Origin: Candidatus Uhrbacteria bacterium
GTDB lineage: Bacteria > Patescibacteriota > Patescibacteriia > UBA9934 > GWF2-40-263
Direction of reading: 5' to 3'
Length of the DNA: 64,000 bases
Assembly: GCA_023246355.1 (NCBI GenBank)
Contig: JAHFIQ010000004.1
Location: 2,697-66,696, forward strand
Position 1 is the stretch's first letter; each line of letters opens with the position of its first letter. Below the pieces are notes generated by a model. The model saw nothing but the letters and a program-made list of their open reading frames with translations. It was not told where the DNA came from and searched no databases. Shown here piece after piece: positions 29,100 through 38,601 of the stretch. The translations under genes and the position numbers were made by a program.

Positions 29100-29128
29100 A
29101 GTCTATCATATTTTGTCAACTTTGTCAA
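29100..29128 (-). promoter_or_regulatory. sigma70 promoter of the GC-rich unit
   Basis: TTGACA-N17-TAGACT with extended -10 TG. Confidence 0.75.
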
Positions 29129-29133
29129 GACTT

Positions 29134-29154
29134 GTTGGGAGCCAGGCTCCCAAC
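29134..29154. repeat. REP-like palindrome
   Basis: gttgggagcc-a-ggctcccaac. Confidence 0.65.
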
Positions 29155-29250
29155 TCTAAGCTAAAATTAGCTTAAAATAGCAATACACTCAGTGTTTACA
29201 ATACTGGACATCACAGGGCAATTTCAGCCTCGTGTTATACTAGTGCCTGT

Positions 29251-30150
29251 ATGGGACTTTTTTCTTCCCTCATCGGACACACAAAAGCAAAAGACGTTCT
29301 TTCAAGGATGATCGAACACAAAACCCTTCCACATGCCCTGCTTTTTGTCGGGCCAGATCACGTGGGAAAGACTCTGCTTGCCAAAACGCTGAGTCGTCAG
29401 GTTCTGGGGGTGCAGAATCTTGAGACTCAGCCTGACTATCTCGAGCTCAAACGTTTGGATGATGAAAAAACAGGCAAGCGCAAGTCCAATATCTCTGTGC
29501 GTCAGGTTCGAGAATTGGTGGGAAGGCTATCCATGACCTCGTTTACTGGAGGAGCCAAAGTGATTTTTGTAGAAGAGGCACATAGGCTCTCCATGGGCGG
29601 GGCGAACGCGCTTTTGAAAACATTGGAAGAACCAAAAGGCCAAACGCTTTTTGTCTTGCGAGCTCCGAGCGTTGAAGACGTTCCTGCGACTATTGCATCT
29701 CGTTGTCAGGTCATGCATTTCACGGTGGTCTCTGCATCTGCAATTGTTGATGGGCTTGTGCGAGCTGGATTCAGTCAAGCCGATGCACAAGAGGCGGCGC
29801 TTCACAGCGAAGGTCGGCCAGGACTCGCGCTGCGCTATCTCAAAGACAGTGAGTATCGAGCGCAGCGTGAAACCGATCGAGTGCAAGCAGAGACGTTTTT
29901 GGCAGCGAGTTTGCCAGAGCGTTTGCGCCTGGTGACAGAGCTCATTCCAAAAGCAGAAGTGAACAGTGCGAGTCGTTTGCAAAAAGTGATCACCGAATTG
30001 CAGATGGTCGCTCGTCGAGATCTTCTTGCCACCTCATCTACCTCCTCCACCTTATCCACCTTTCTCGAGCGTCTCTCAGAAGTCCGCCAAGCCGCACGTC
30101 ACAACATCAACCCTCATTTAGCTCTTGAGCACATTGCTCTTGCCACATAA
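29251..30150 (+). CDS. holB: DNA polymerase III delta' subunit
   Basis: HALLFVG..GKT, ANALLKTLEEP, TIASRCQ. Confidence 0.9.
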   Translation: MGLFSSLIGHTKAKDVLSRMIEHKTLPHALLFVGPDHVGKTLLAKTLSRQVLGVQNLETQPDYLELKRLDDEKTGKRKSNISVRQVRELVGRLSMTSFTGGAKVIFVEEAHRLSMGGANALLKTLEEPKGQTLFVLRAPSVEDVPATIASRCQVMHFTVVSASAIVDGLVRAGFSQADAQEAALHSEGRPGLALRYLKDSEYRAQRETDRVQAETFLAASLPERLRLVTELIPKAEVNSASRLQKVITELQMVARRDLLATSSTSSTLSTFLERLSEVRQAARHNINPHLALEHIALAT

Positions 30151-30151
30151 T

Positions 30152-31198
30152 ATGAAACGTTTTTCACTCATTGCTCTTTCCCTCATCTTGATCGGCGCTG
30201 GCTGCTCAAGTTCCTCATCTTCTGGTTCAGACGGCGGAATTTTTTCCTCCGCAAACGCTGGTCAGGACTGGACACAGACCGTGATCGTTCCCACCGCCTC
30301 AGGCATCGGCACACTCGCGACCACGGATGTGCTCAACATGGAAATGGATCCAGAGGACGATACGTTCATGTACATCGGCACGCGCCAAAACGGGGTGCTC
30401 TACTCGCAAGACTCGGGTATCTCGTGGATGCAACCTGAGAGTGATGCTCTTTCCGACGGACTGATTTATCACATCGAGGTGGACCCCACAGATGTCTGTA
30501 CCGTGTATGTTGCCAAGGGTTCTCGTTTGTATAGCACACGAGATTGTATGCGCTCGTTTGATTCAGAAACGTACGTGGATAACAGAAGTGGCGTGTCAGT
30601 TGTGCAAGTGGCTGTGGACTGGTTCAGCGCAAGTACGATTTGGATTGGTCTCTCAAACGGAGATGTACTCAAGAGCACAGACTCAGGTGACACGTGGCAG
30701 ACGGTTCTCAAAACAGGAGAGGAAATTTCCAACATCCTGATTCACACAACCGACTCAAGAAACGTTCTCGTTTCGACCTTTGGAAAAGGCTTGTACAAAA
30801 CAGAGGACGCGGGTGCTGATTGGGATGAAGTTGATGGCGGACTTTCTGATCTGAAAAAATCTGAAACCGTGTACAGCCTGATTCAAAGCGATGATTCATC
30901 TGTGGTAATCGCAGCCAATGGGTATGGACTTGTGCGCTCAACAGATTTTGGTTCGACATGGGAGGCGATTGAGCTGGTGACCTCCGCCGGTCAGGTAACG
31001 ATCCGTGCTGTGGGCATGGACGTCACGGATCCTGACACGCTTTACTATGCTGCCAACGCCACGTTCTATCATTCAGACGATGCAGGCTCCACCTGGGACA
31101 CAGAAAAACTTCCGTCCTCTCGCGTGCCACGAGCCATGCTGGTTGACCCTGATGAGCCGGCGGTGTTATATATCGGAGTCGCGAGTGCGACGGATTAG
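30152..31198 (+). CDS. BNR/Asp-box beta-propeller lipoprotein (YCF48-like)
   Basis: lipobox LIGAGC; repeated SxDxGxTW. Confidence 0.85.
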   Translation: MKRFSLIALSLILIGAGCSSSSSSGSDGGIFSSANAGQDWTQTVIVPTASGIGTLATTDVLNMEMDPEDDTFMYIGTRQNGVLYSQDSGISWMQPESDALSDGLIYHIEVDPTDVCTVYVAKGSRLYSTRDCMRSFDSETYVDNRSGVSVVQVAVDWFSASTIWIGLSNGDVLKSTDSGDTWQTVLKTGEEISNILIHTTDSRNVLVSTFGKGLYKTEDAGADWDEVDGGLSDLKKSETVYSLIQSDDSSVVIAANGYGLVRSTDFGSTWEAIELVTSAGQVTIRAVGMDVTDPDTLYYAANATFYHSDDAGSTWDTEKLPSSRVPRAMLVDPDEPAVLYIGVASATD

Positions 31199-31201
31199 TG
31201 T

Positions 31202-31756
31202 ATGCATGCACTTCTGATTCAAAAAAAACCATCGTTTGATAGCGCGCTTGAGCATCTCCAAAAAGAGTTGGGACAGTTGCGCACCGGACGTGCCACGCCA
31301 GCACTTGTGGAAAATATTTCGGTTTCTGCCTACGACGCATTCATGGAGATCAAGGGCTTGGCTTCCATTTCCACAGCCGATGCCAAAACGATTGTGATTG
31401 ATCCGTGGGACAAGAGCCTGCTCAAGAATATCGAAAAGGGCATTCGCGATGCCGGCGTTGGGCTTTCACCGGTCGTGGATAGTGATGTGATTCGCATCAT
31501 GATGCCGCAAATGACCGAGGACAACCGCAAGGCCATGGTCAAAAAGATGAAAGAGTTTTTAGAAGAGACACGCGTGTCGCTGCGCCAGGTTCGTGAAGAA
31601 ATTCGTGGAGAAGTCGTTGCCATGGAAAAAGACAAGGCGATCAGTGAAGATGAAAAGTTCAAGCTGTTTGATGAGGTTGATAAGCTCACCAAAGAATACG
31701 TGGATCGTGTGGAAGAAACGGGTGACAATAAAGAAAAAGAAATAATGACCGTTTAA
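31202..31756 (+). CDS. frr: ribosome recycling factor
   Basis: LRTGRATP, PWDK, ISED. Confidence 0.96.
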   Translation: MHALLIQKKPSFDSALEHLQKELGQLRTGRATPALVENISVSAYDAFMEIKGLASISTADAKTIVIDPWDKSLLKNIEKGIRDAGVGLSPVVDSDVIRIMMPQMTEDNRKAMVKKMKEFLEETRVSLRQVREEIRGEVVAMEKDKAISEDEKFKLFDEVDKLTKEYVDRVEETGDNKEKEIMTV

Positions 31757-31851
31757 GTAGCAAACTGTTTAAGTAGCAAGTAGTTAGTAGCAAGTAGCAT
31801 GTATATCTGCTCCGAAAATACTTGCTACATGCTACTTGATACTTGCTACTT
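31755..31851. repeat. inverted heptamer hairpin element, empty copy (frr-glyS)
   Basis: aagtagcaagtagttagtagcaagtagcatgtat..atacttgctacatgctacttgatacttgctactt. Confidence 0.9.
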
Positions 31852-31856
31852 CGCTT

Positions 31857-33188
31857 ATGAACACAAACGTCACCATGGAAAAACTCGTTGCCCTCGCGAA
31901 GTCGCGGGGGTTCGTGTTTCCGGGCTCGGATATTTATGGAGGATTGGCTAACTCTTGGGATTACGGACCTCTTGGGGTGGAGTTGAAAAAGAACATTGTC
32001 GATGCCTGGTGGAAGCGCTTTGTTAGTTCGCGGCGCGATATGGTTGGCATCGACGCGGCGTTGGTGATGAATCCGAAAGTTTGGGAGGCGTCGGGGCATG
32101 TCGCTACGTTCACCGATCCGCTCGTGGAATGCAAAACCTGTCATGAACGCTATCGTGCTGATCAAATTGATTTGAATGCGGCTTGCCAGAAATGCGGCAA
32201 CAAAGGCACGTTCACCGATCCAGCGGCGTTTAACATGATGTTGAAAACGTGGCTTGGTCCGAAGGAGGATGCAAGCGCGGTCGCTTATTTCCGTCCCGAA
32301 ACGGCTCAAGCGATGTTTGTGGATTTCCCCCAAGTTCTTCAAAGCTCGCGCAAACGCGTTCCGTTTGGTATTGCTCAAGTCGGCAAAGCCTTTCGCAACG
32401 AGATCACGCCAGGAAATTTTATTTTCCGTACACGCGAGTTCAACCTAATGGAATTTGAGTATTTTATTCACCCATCGGAGTGGGAAAAGTGGTTCGAATA
32501 CTGGCTAGAAGAGATGAAGGCTTGGCTGAGATTTCTCGGGGTCAAGGATGATGAATTGGTTTTCCACGAAATTGAAGACGGTGAACGCGCGCACTACTCC
32601 AAGCGCACCGTCGATATTGAATATTATTATCCGTTTGGTCTGAAGGAATTGTATGGTTTGGCTTACCGCACCGATTTTGATTTAAAACTGCACATGGAAT
32701 CCTCAGGGAAGGATTTGCGCTATACCGACCCTCAGACGAACGAGAAGTATCTCCCGCACGTCATTGAGCCGGCTTTCGGTGTGGATCGATCGGTTCTTGT
32801 GACGCTGCTTTCAGCCTACCACGAAGAAGAAGCCCCGACGTCAGAGGAAGGGGAAACAGATAAACGTGTGGTGCTGAAACTTCCCAAAGCGCTTGCGCCG
32901 TTTAAGATCGCGGTGTTGCCGCTTTCCAAAAAAGACGAACTCGCTGTGGTCGCAGGACCTCTCGCAGATCGTTTGCGCCAGAGGTGGGCGACCGATTACG
33001 ACGAAACCCAATCCATTGGCAAACGTTATCGACGTCAAGACGAAATCGGCACGCCGTACTGCGTCACGGTAGATTTCGACACGCTCACAGATCAGGCCGT
33101 CACCGTCCGCGATCGAGACACGATGAAACAGGATCGAGTGAAGATAGATGATTTGGAAGTTTATTTTTCAGAGCGCCTCGCAGGCTAA
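31857..33188 (+). CDS. glyS: glycine-tRNA ligase (alpha2 type)
   Basis: DYGPLG, RPETAQ, FRNEITP, IGKRYRRQDEIGTP. Confidence 0.96.
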   Translation: MNTNVTMEKLVALAKSRGFVFPGSDIYGGLANSWDYGPLGVELKKNIVDAWWKRFVSSRRDMVGIDAALVMNPKVWEASGHVATFTDPLVECKTCHERYRADQIDLNAACQKCGNKGTFTDPAAFNMMLKTWLGPKEDASAVAYFRPETAQAMFVDFPQVLQSSRKRVPFGIAQVGKAFRNEITPGNFIFRTREFNLMEFEYFIHPSEWEKWFEYWLEEMKAWLRFLGVKDDELVFHEIEDGERAHYSKRTVDIEYYYPFGLKELYGLAYRTDFDLKLHMESSGKDLRYTDPQTNEKYLPHVIEPAFGVDRSVLVTLLSAYHEEEAPTSEEGETDKRVVLKLPKALAPFKIAVLPLSKKDELAVVAGPLADRLRQRWATDYDETQSIGKRYRRQDEIGTPYCVTVDFDTLTDQAVTVRDRDTMKQDRVKIDDLEVYFSERLAG

Positions 33189-33197
33189 AGCCTGCGG

Positions 33198-33238
33198 CTA
33201 CCTCATCCACCTGATCCACCTCGTCCACCTTACCACCT
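33198..33238 (+). repeat. 9-nt-period CCACCTnnn tandem repeat
   Basis: five units; related tracts at 3578, 7605, 30029, 37326. Confidence 0.75.
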
Positions 33239-34510
33239 ATGAAAACCCCCCTTGCTCTTTCAAACGGCCTGCGTGTGCATCTGCTTCCATATTCTGGCAC
33301 ACAGGCGGTGACCATGTTGGTGCTCATCAAAGTTGGTTCGCGTTATGAATATTCAGCGATCAATGGCGCGTCGCATTTTATTGAGCATCTCATGTTCAAA
33401 GGCACCAAGCGTCGTCCAACCACGCTGGATATTAGTCGTGATCTCGATGCGGTGGGCGCCGAGTACAACGCGTTCACCGGAAAGGAATACACCGGTTACT
33501 ACGTGACCATCGAAGCCTCGAAGCTGCCCTTGGCAGTCGACCTGTTGCATGACATGATTTTTCACTCGAAGTACGATCCCAAAGAAATGAATCGTGAACG
33601 GCGTGTCATCATCGAGGAGATCAAAATGTACAACGAGAACCCCGTCATGCACGTGGAAGAGTTGCTGGAGCAGACGATGTTTGATGGCTCACCCCTTGGA
33701 TGGGATATTGCTGGCGATGCAAAACGGATGTTGTCGATGACGCGCAAGGACGTGATTGCGTACCGTGATCAGCATTACGTGCCATCGCGGATGGTGATTG
33801 CTCTGGCCGGTTGCGTGGACAAGAAAGCTCTAGCGCTTGTGAAAAAAACATTTGGATCTGTGAAAGGGAGACACACACCCGTTGCGTTTCAGGCTTTTCA
33901 CGGAGCAAAGAATCACTCTTTGCGCTGTCGAATCGAACAGAAAAAGTTGGAACAGATTCAGCTCGCGCTAGGCTTTCCGTCCTATGGTGTTGCCGACAAG
34001 CGCAATGCAGCTGTTTCACTTTTAGCGACGATTCTTGGCGGCACGATGTCGTCTCGATTGTTTATCTCGGTACGTGAACGCAAAGGCTTGTGCTATCACG
34101 TTCGTGCGGAGAACGGAACGTATGATGATGTAGGAGCGTTCATGATTCGCTCAGGCCTGGATGCGTCGCGTCTCAAAGACGCGGTGAAGACGATTTTGGC
34201 TGAAGTGGCTAAAATAAAAAAGACAGGAGTGACCGCGCGTGAACTCAAAGACGCAAAAGAAAATTATCGTGGCCGCATTTTGCTCAAGCTCGAAGAATCA
34301 TCCGCTCGTGCCGATTGGTATGCGAGACAGGAGTTGCTCTTGGGTCGTGCCCTGACACCAGAAGAACGCATGAGGGAGATTGACGCGGTGACTCTGCGCG
34401 AGGTACAACACGTCGCGCAGGAAATTTTGGACACCACAAAGATGTCTGTGGCGGCGATCGGGCCGTTTGCCGATGAACAAGCGTTTTTGAAAGCGGCTGG
34501 GTTATCATGA
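33239..34510 (+). CDS. M16 family zinc peptidase
   Basis: HFIEH (HxxEH) motif. Confidence 0.95.
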   Translation: MKTPLALSNGLRVHLLPYSGTQAVTMLVLIKVGSRYEYSAINGASHFIEHLMFKGTKRRPTTLDISRDLDAVGAEYNAFTGKEYTGYYVTIEASKLPLAVDLLHDMIFHSKYDPKEMNRERRVIIEEIKMYNENPVMHVEELLEQTMFDGSPLGWDIAGDAKRMLSMTRKDVIAYRDQHYVPSRMVIALAGCVDKKALALVKKTFGSVKGRHTPVAFQAFHGAKNHSLRCRIEQKKLEQIQLALGFPSYGVADKRNAAVSLLATILGGTMSSRLFISVRERKGLCYHVRAENGTYDDVGAFMIRSGLDASRLKDAVKTILAEVAKIKKTGVTARELKDAKENYRGRILLKLEESSARADWYARQELLLGRALTPEERMREIDAVTLREVQHVAQEILDTTKMSVAAIGPFADEQAFLKAAGLS

Positions 34511-34528
34511 TACTGAGCTTGTCGAAGT

Positions 34529-35305
34529 ATGAAAACCATTATTGCCAACTGGAAAATGAACGTGGGAGTGAGAGAATCAGTCGCCCTTGCGCGCGGCACG
34601 CTGTTGACGTTGCGTGGTCGCAAACATATTCCCGAGTTGGTGATTCTTCCACCGTTTGTCGCGCTCTCGGAAGTGCGCAAAGTTGTGGCGCGATCCGGGG
34701 CAATTTTGGGAGCACAGAATGTCTTTTGGGAAGACGCCGGTGCCTACACCGGAGAAATTTCTGCGCGCATGCTTCAAGAAGTGGGTGTGACCCATGTTTT
34801 GATAGGTCACTCAGAACGCCGACAGGTGCTTCACGAGACCGATGAAATGATCAACAAAAAAATCCTCCACGTCTTTGAACTGGGCTTGAAGCCGATTCTG
34901 TGCGTGGGTGAAACAGCACAGGTACATCAGGCGGGGAAGTCAAAAGACGTGGTCGCTCAGCAACTCAAAGCCGCGTTCTCATCTGCTCATCTTCGCCCAT
35001 CTGATCGATTGTCTATTGCCTACGAACCCGTGTGGGCGATCGGGACAGGACAATCGGCAACCGTATCGGAAATCGTGGAGATGCATGTGTTCATCCGTTC
35101 TCTGACGCAAGAGATACTCGGTGAACGCGTACTCAGTCAGATTCGTGTGCTCTACGGAGGATCCGTGGACGGCGAGAATGCGTACCGGTTTCTTCGTGAA
35201 AAGGAAGTTGATGGCGTGCTCGTGGGAGGCGCAAGTGTCAAGATCAATCAGTTCAAAGACATTGTTCAGGCGGCCTGTGAAGTCTTAGAAGCACAAAGCG
35301 TATGA
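34529..35305 (+). CDS. tpiA: triose-phosphate isomerase
   Basis: ANWKMN, GHSERR, AYEPVWAIGTG. Confidence 0.97.
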   Translation: MKTIIANWKMNVGVRESVALARGTLLTLRGRKHIPELVILPPFVALSEVRKVVARSGAILGAQNVFWEDAGAYTGEISARMLQEVGVTHVLIGHSERRQVLHETDEMINKKILHVFELGLKPILCVGETAQVHQAGKSKDVVAQQLKAAFSSAHLRPSDRLSIAYEPVWAIGTGQSATVSEIVEMHVFIRSLTQEILGERVLSQIRVLYGGSVDGENAYRFLREKEVDGVLVGGASVKINQFKDIVQAACEVLEAQSV

Positions 35306-36150
35306 ACGGGTTTCTTCTTCTGCTCATTGTTGGTTCTCTTGGCGTGATAGCCGCTGTCCTCTTTCGAAAGCTTCCACAGCTTCGTGTGATTGATGTTGCG
35401 TCGATTCCCAAGGAGCGCGAGCGGCAGGTAAAAGAGCAAATCATTCTTTCCAAACTTCAGCGCACCGGCTCTGCCAAGCTGCAGCATGTGGCTCGATGGA
35501 TGTCGGACGCTGTAAAAATGTTGTCACGCCACGGACGACGTGCGGTTCAGCGACTCTATCGACTGGAGCAGTACTATCAACGCTTGAGACGGACCGCCTC
35601 TGAGGGGACAAACAGTTATAGTGAGGATCGCATCAAGCAACGACTTGAAGAAGCGCAGAAATTGATCGATCAAGATGAATTTATTCCAGCGGAGAAGATT
35701 TTTATCGACGTCATCAGCCACAACCCAAAGAGTGTTGACGCATATGAAGCGCTTGGGAACATGTACATTGAGAGTGGTCAGGTGGAACAAGCTCGTGAGA
35801 CCCTGCAGTTTACGCTTCGACTTTCTCCTGATGATGCGTCTGTCCATGTGTCGCTTGCGGAACTTGAAATGAAACAAGAACATCCGAAACAAGCGCTGAC
35901 CTATTTGCGCAAGGCGGTTGAAAAGCGACCGAAGAATCCTCGGTACTTGGATTTTTATATTCATGCCGCGCTTTCGACCGGCTCTCTCAAAGATGCACGA
36001 AAAGGCATTTTGGCTCTCAAAGACGTGAACCCGGAGAATCAAAAGATCGAAGAGTTTGAACGGCTGTTTCAGGAAAAGAAAGATGCGTATATTCGCAAAA
36101 CCTCCCGTGAGGCTGAGAAACCCACAGACATGCCTTCACAAGAGGGATGA
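35302..36150 (+). CDS. membrane-anchored TPR protein
   Basis: N-terminal TM; AY..LG..Y TPR repeats. Confidence 0.85.
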   Translation: MNGFLLLLIVGSLGVIAAVLFRKLPQLRVIDVASIPKERERQVKEQIILSKLQRTGSAKLQHVARWMSDAVKMLSRHGRRAVQRLYRLEQYYQRLRRTASEGTNSYSEDRIKQRLEEAQKLIDQDEFIPAEKIFIDVISHNPKSVDAYEALGNMYIESGQVEQARETLQFTLRLSPDDASVHVSLAELEMKQEHPKQALTYLRKAVEKRPKNPRYLDFYIHAALSTGSLKDARKGILALKDVNPENQKIEEFERLFQEKKDAYIRKTSREAEKPTDMPSQEG

Positions 36151-36174
36151 GCTTTGTTACCATCATCGCGCTTC

Positions 36175-36250
36175 GCCGTTGTAGCTCAGTTGGTAGAGCA
36201 CATCCATGGTAAGGATGAGGTCACCGGTTCAATCCCGGTCAACGGCTCCA
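36175..36250 (+). tRNA. tRNA-Thr(GGU)
   Basis: cloverleaf, anticodon GGT, CCA end. Confidence 0.95.
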
Positions 36251-36256
36251 GGTTTC

Positions 36257-36342
36257 GGGCAGGTACCGAAGTGGTCAAACGGGGGAGACTGTAAATCTCC
36301 TGGCTTACGCCTTCGAAGGTTCGAACCCTTCCCTGCCCACCA
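36257..36342 (+). tRNA. tRNA-Tyr(GUA)
   Basis: cloverleaf with long variable arm, anticodon GTA, CCA. Confidence 0.95.
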
Positions 36343-36374
36343 AAAAACAATCAAGCATGCTTGATTGTTTTTTG

Positions 36375-37430
36375 TTACAGCAAGAGACAGTCCACGGTCC
36401 AGGAACTCATGCCAGGTCCGTCAAAGGCCTCATCGAGTGCAAGACCGATGGGATGATAGATCGGATTTGTTTGGGAGAGATCAATGAAAAAAAGTCGAGA
36501 GAAACTCACGGTTCCCTTTGTGTCCGTGTTGCACGAGGTGCTCACAAGCAGGTGTTCATCATCACCACAGAAGGTCGGATAGTTGAAGCTGGCGCCCTCA
36601 CAGGAGGAAAAGACGGGGTCGTACTTTGTGAGCGCTTCTGGTTTGAGATCTGCAAGAAACAGCGAGCTCTCGCCCAGTGATCCGTTTATCCACGAGCGAG
36701 CAAACAAGCCCCCACCTTTGGAGTTGTCACACACCGTGAGGGTCCCTGATGGAGAAAAGGCACAATGACCGCTTTTATTTTCCCAGGTGGCTGTGTCTCC
36801 CGTCTGTGTATCCAAGATCACTCCATGTGCGCCGTCATCCAAAATTTCATGAAGAATAATCGTGTGCCCGTCTGGTGCGTAATCAGGATCGCCCTGTTCG
36901 TTTTCTTCGGTGAGTGCCGAAGATTCAGAGATCGAGAGGCCGTTCAGTGTCAGAGCAGCGGACATGAGTCTGTCTGTATCACTTGTGACATACAGAAGCG
37001 TTGTTCCCTCAGGGCTCACCTCTGGCCAGGTGGCGAGAGAGAGCAGTGTGTCTGTGACGCCTGTTGTGAGATCGACGTAGTTGATGAGCTTCTGTGTGAT
37101 CGTCTCAAACACACTCGCGTAGACCACCATGCCATTTGGATTCCAAACAGGATAGGACTCGCTGATCTCGGGTGTCTCTGTCACTTGCTTCACGTCGTCT
37201 ACAGAACCTGCGTCCAGATCAAGATTCGCGGTAAAGAGATCACAAGCGTCTGTGCTACTGTGATCAGCGCAACCTTCATCTGTGGCAAAGTCAGAAGCGA
37301 AAACGAGTCGGGCCTGTGTTGAGGAAGGTGGAGAGGTGGACAAGGTGGACGAGGGAGATGAGGTGGATATCACAACAAGGATGATCATGATCACACACAG
37401 GAACAGACATACTCCAAAAGTTTTCTTCAT
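36375..37430 (-). CDS. secreted TolB-like (PD40) beta-propeller protein
   Basis: signal/TM; PVWNPNG, SPEG, APDG, FSPSG repeats. Confidence 0.8.
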   Translation of the reverse strand: MKKTFGVCLFLCVIMIILVVISTSSPSSTLSTSPPSSTQARLVFASDFATDEGCADHSSTDACDLFTANLDLDAGSVDDVKQVTETPEISESYPVWNPNGMVVYASVFETITQKLINYVDLTTGVTDTLLSLATWPEVSPEGTTLLYVTSDTDRLMSAALTLNGLSISESSALTEENEQGDPDYAPDGHTIILHEILDDGAHGVILDTQTGDTATWENKSGHCAFSPSGTLTVCDNSKGGGLFARSWINGSLGESSLFLADLKPEALTKYDPVFSSCEGASFNYPTFCGDDEHLLVSTSCNTDTKGTVSFSRLFFIDLSQTNPIYHPIGLALDEAFDGPGMSSWTVDCLLL

Positions 37431-37508
37431 AGATTTCTATTCTACCGCATCTCTTGACAAATCACTCCCACATGACATACTTTCCCTCTGCTCACCCACG
37501 GAGACAGC

Positions 37509-38048
37509 ATGACTCACTACGAGTTGCTCGCTGTCCCCATGGACGCGAGCACTGACGATATTCGACGCGGCTTTCGAGAGAAGGCTCAGGTTCTTCACCC
37601 GGATCGGTTTGCCAAGCTCGGCGAGTCGAAGGAGCAACAGACTGAACGGGCTCGCGTGTTTCAGCAACTGCGCGATGCCTACGAAACGCTCATAGATGAA
37701 CGTAAGCGTCGGGCCTATGACCGCCTGATTCAGGTTCCACAGGGTCTTGCTGATCTTGTGCGGCTTCCTGAAGGTCGGCGCGCCATGGCACGACTGCTTC
37801 CTCGAGCGACCAAGCAGGCTCGGGAAGGGGAAGATCGTCTCGTCCTCATCGAGGCTCCGCTATCTTTGCTCAGAACAGGAGGAGTGCTTGAGCTCACAGT
37901 GATTTCTTTACCCGGCTACGATCCACTGTTTGTGCCGCCGAACGCTCTTGACATGCCCTGGGCACATCTGAGCGAGCTGGGAAATCCGGGCGAAAACGAA
38001 GGAAATCCTGGAAACCTCTACCTCTTGCTGATTCCAAGCGCTTCTTGA
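37509..38048 (+). CDS. J-domain (DnaJ type III) protein
   Basis: HYELL, HPD, AYETL..RRAYD; GNLYL tail; promoter TTGACA-N17-CATACT. Confidence 0.88.
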   Translation: MTHYELLAVPMDASTDDIRRGFREKAQVLHPDRFAKLGESKEQQTERARVFQQLRDAYETLIDERKRRAYDRLIQVPQGLADLVRLPEGRRAMARLLPRATKQAREGEDRLVLIEAPLSLLRTGGVLELTVISLPGYDPLFVPPNALDMPWAHLSELGNPGENEGNPGNLYLLLIPSAS

Positions 38049-38139
38049 CCCTTTCGGGGGTCATTTTCTTTTGCCCGCTTTTCTTGACATTCTCAGTCGT
38101 TTTGATAGTCTGAGTCCTCCTCTTCCAGGAGTAGGAAAC

Positions 38140-38595
38140 ATGGCCCTGTTTTCACGCAGTGGCGCTCGAAGCGCCCTGTCTACATTCGTTCGTCAAAATG
38201 ATGAAGGCGGCAGCACGGACAGCCGTGCGACTCAGTCCGCTCGATTGCTTCAAGCAGGCTTCGCCCCGATCCTGTGGGACGATGAGCTTGGCGGATTCGT
38301 GAGCGACCCGGCGATCTTCGCCGCGGCCGTGAGTCACATCGCTACTGCCTCCATGGCTCCCGCAAAGCTCGAGGAACTCAAAGCAGTGAAGACCATCCAG
38401 GCGATGCGAGCACTCGCAAAGGACGTGGACGCCAGCATCGTGACGCCCGAGGATGGGGCACTCTCTGCCTTCCTGCGCGGCGTTGCGGCTCTGGGAACCG
38501 ACGGCCGTGTGTGGCTCTTGCTCGTCGCGGCTCATCTTGGCAGCTTGAAAGCAACTGCGCAGCTGCGCCCTCTCATCTACCCCAACCTCAAGTAG
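38140..38595 (+). CDS. hypothetical protein
   Basis: promoter TTGACA-N16-TAGTCT; AGGA RBS. Confidence 0.75.
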   Translation: MALFSRSGARSALSTFVRQNDEGGSTDSRATQSARLLQAGFAPILWDDELGGFVSDPAIFAAAVSHIATASMAPAKLEELKAVKTIQAMRALAKDVDASIVTPEDGALSAFLRGVAALGTDGRVWLLLVAAHLGSLKATAQLRPLIYPNLK

Positions 38596-38601
38596 GATGC
38601 C

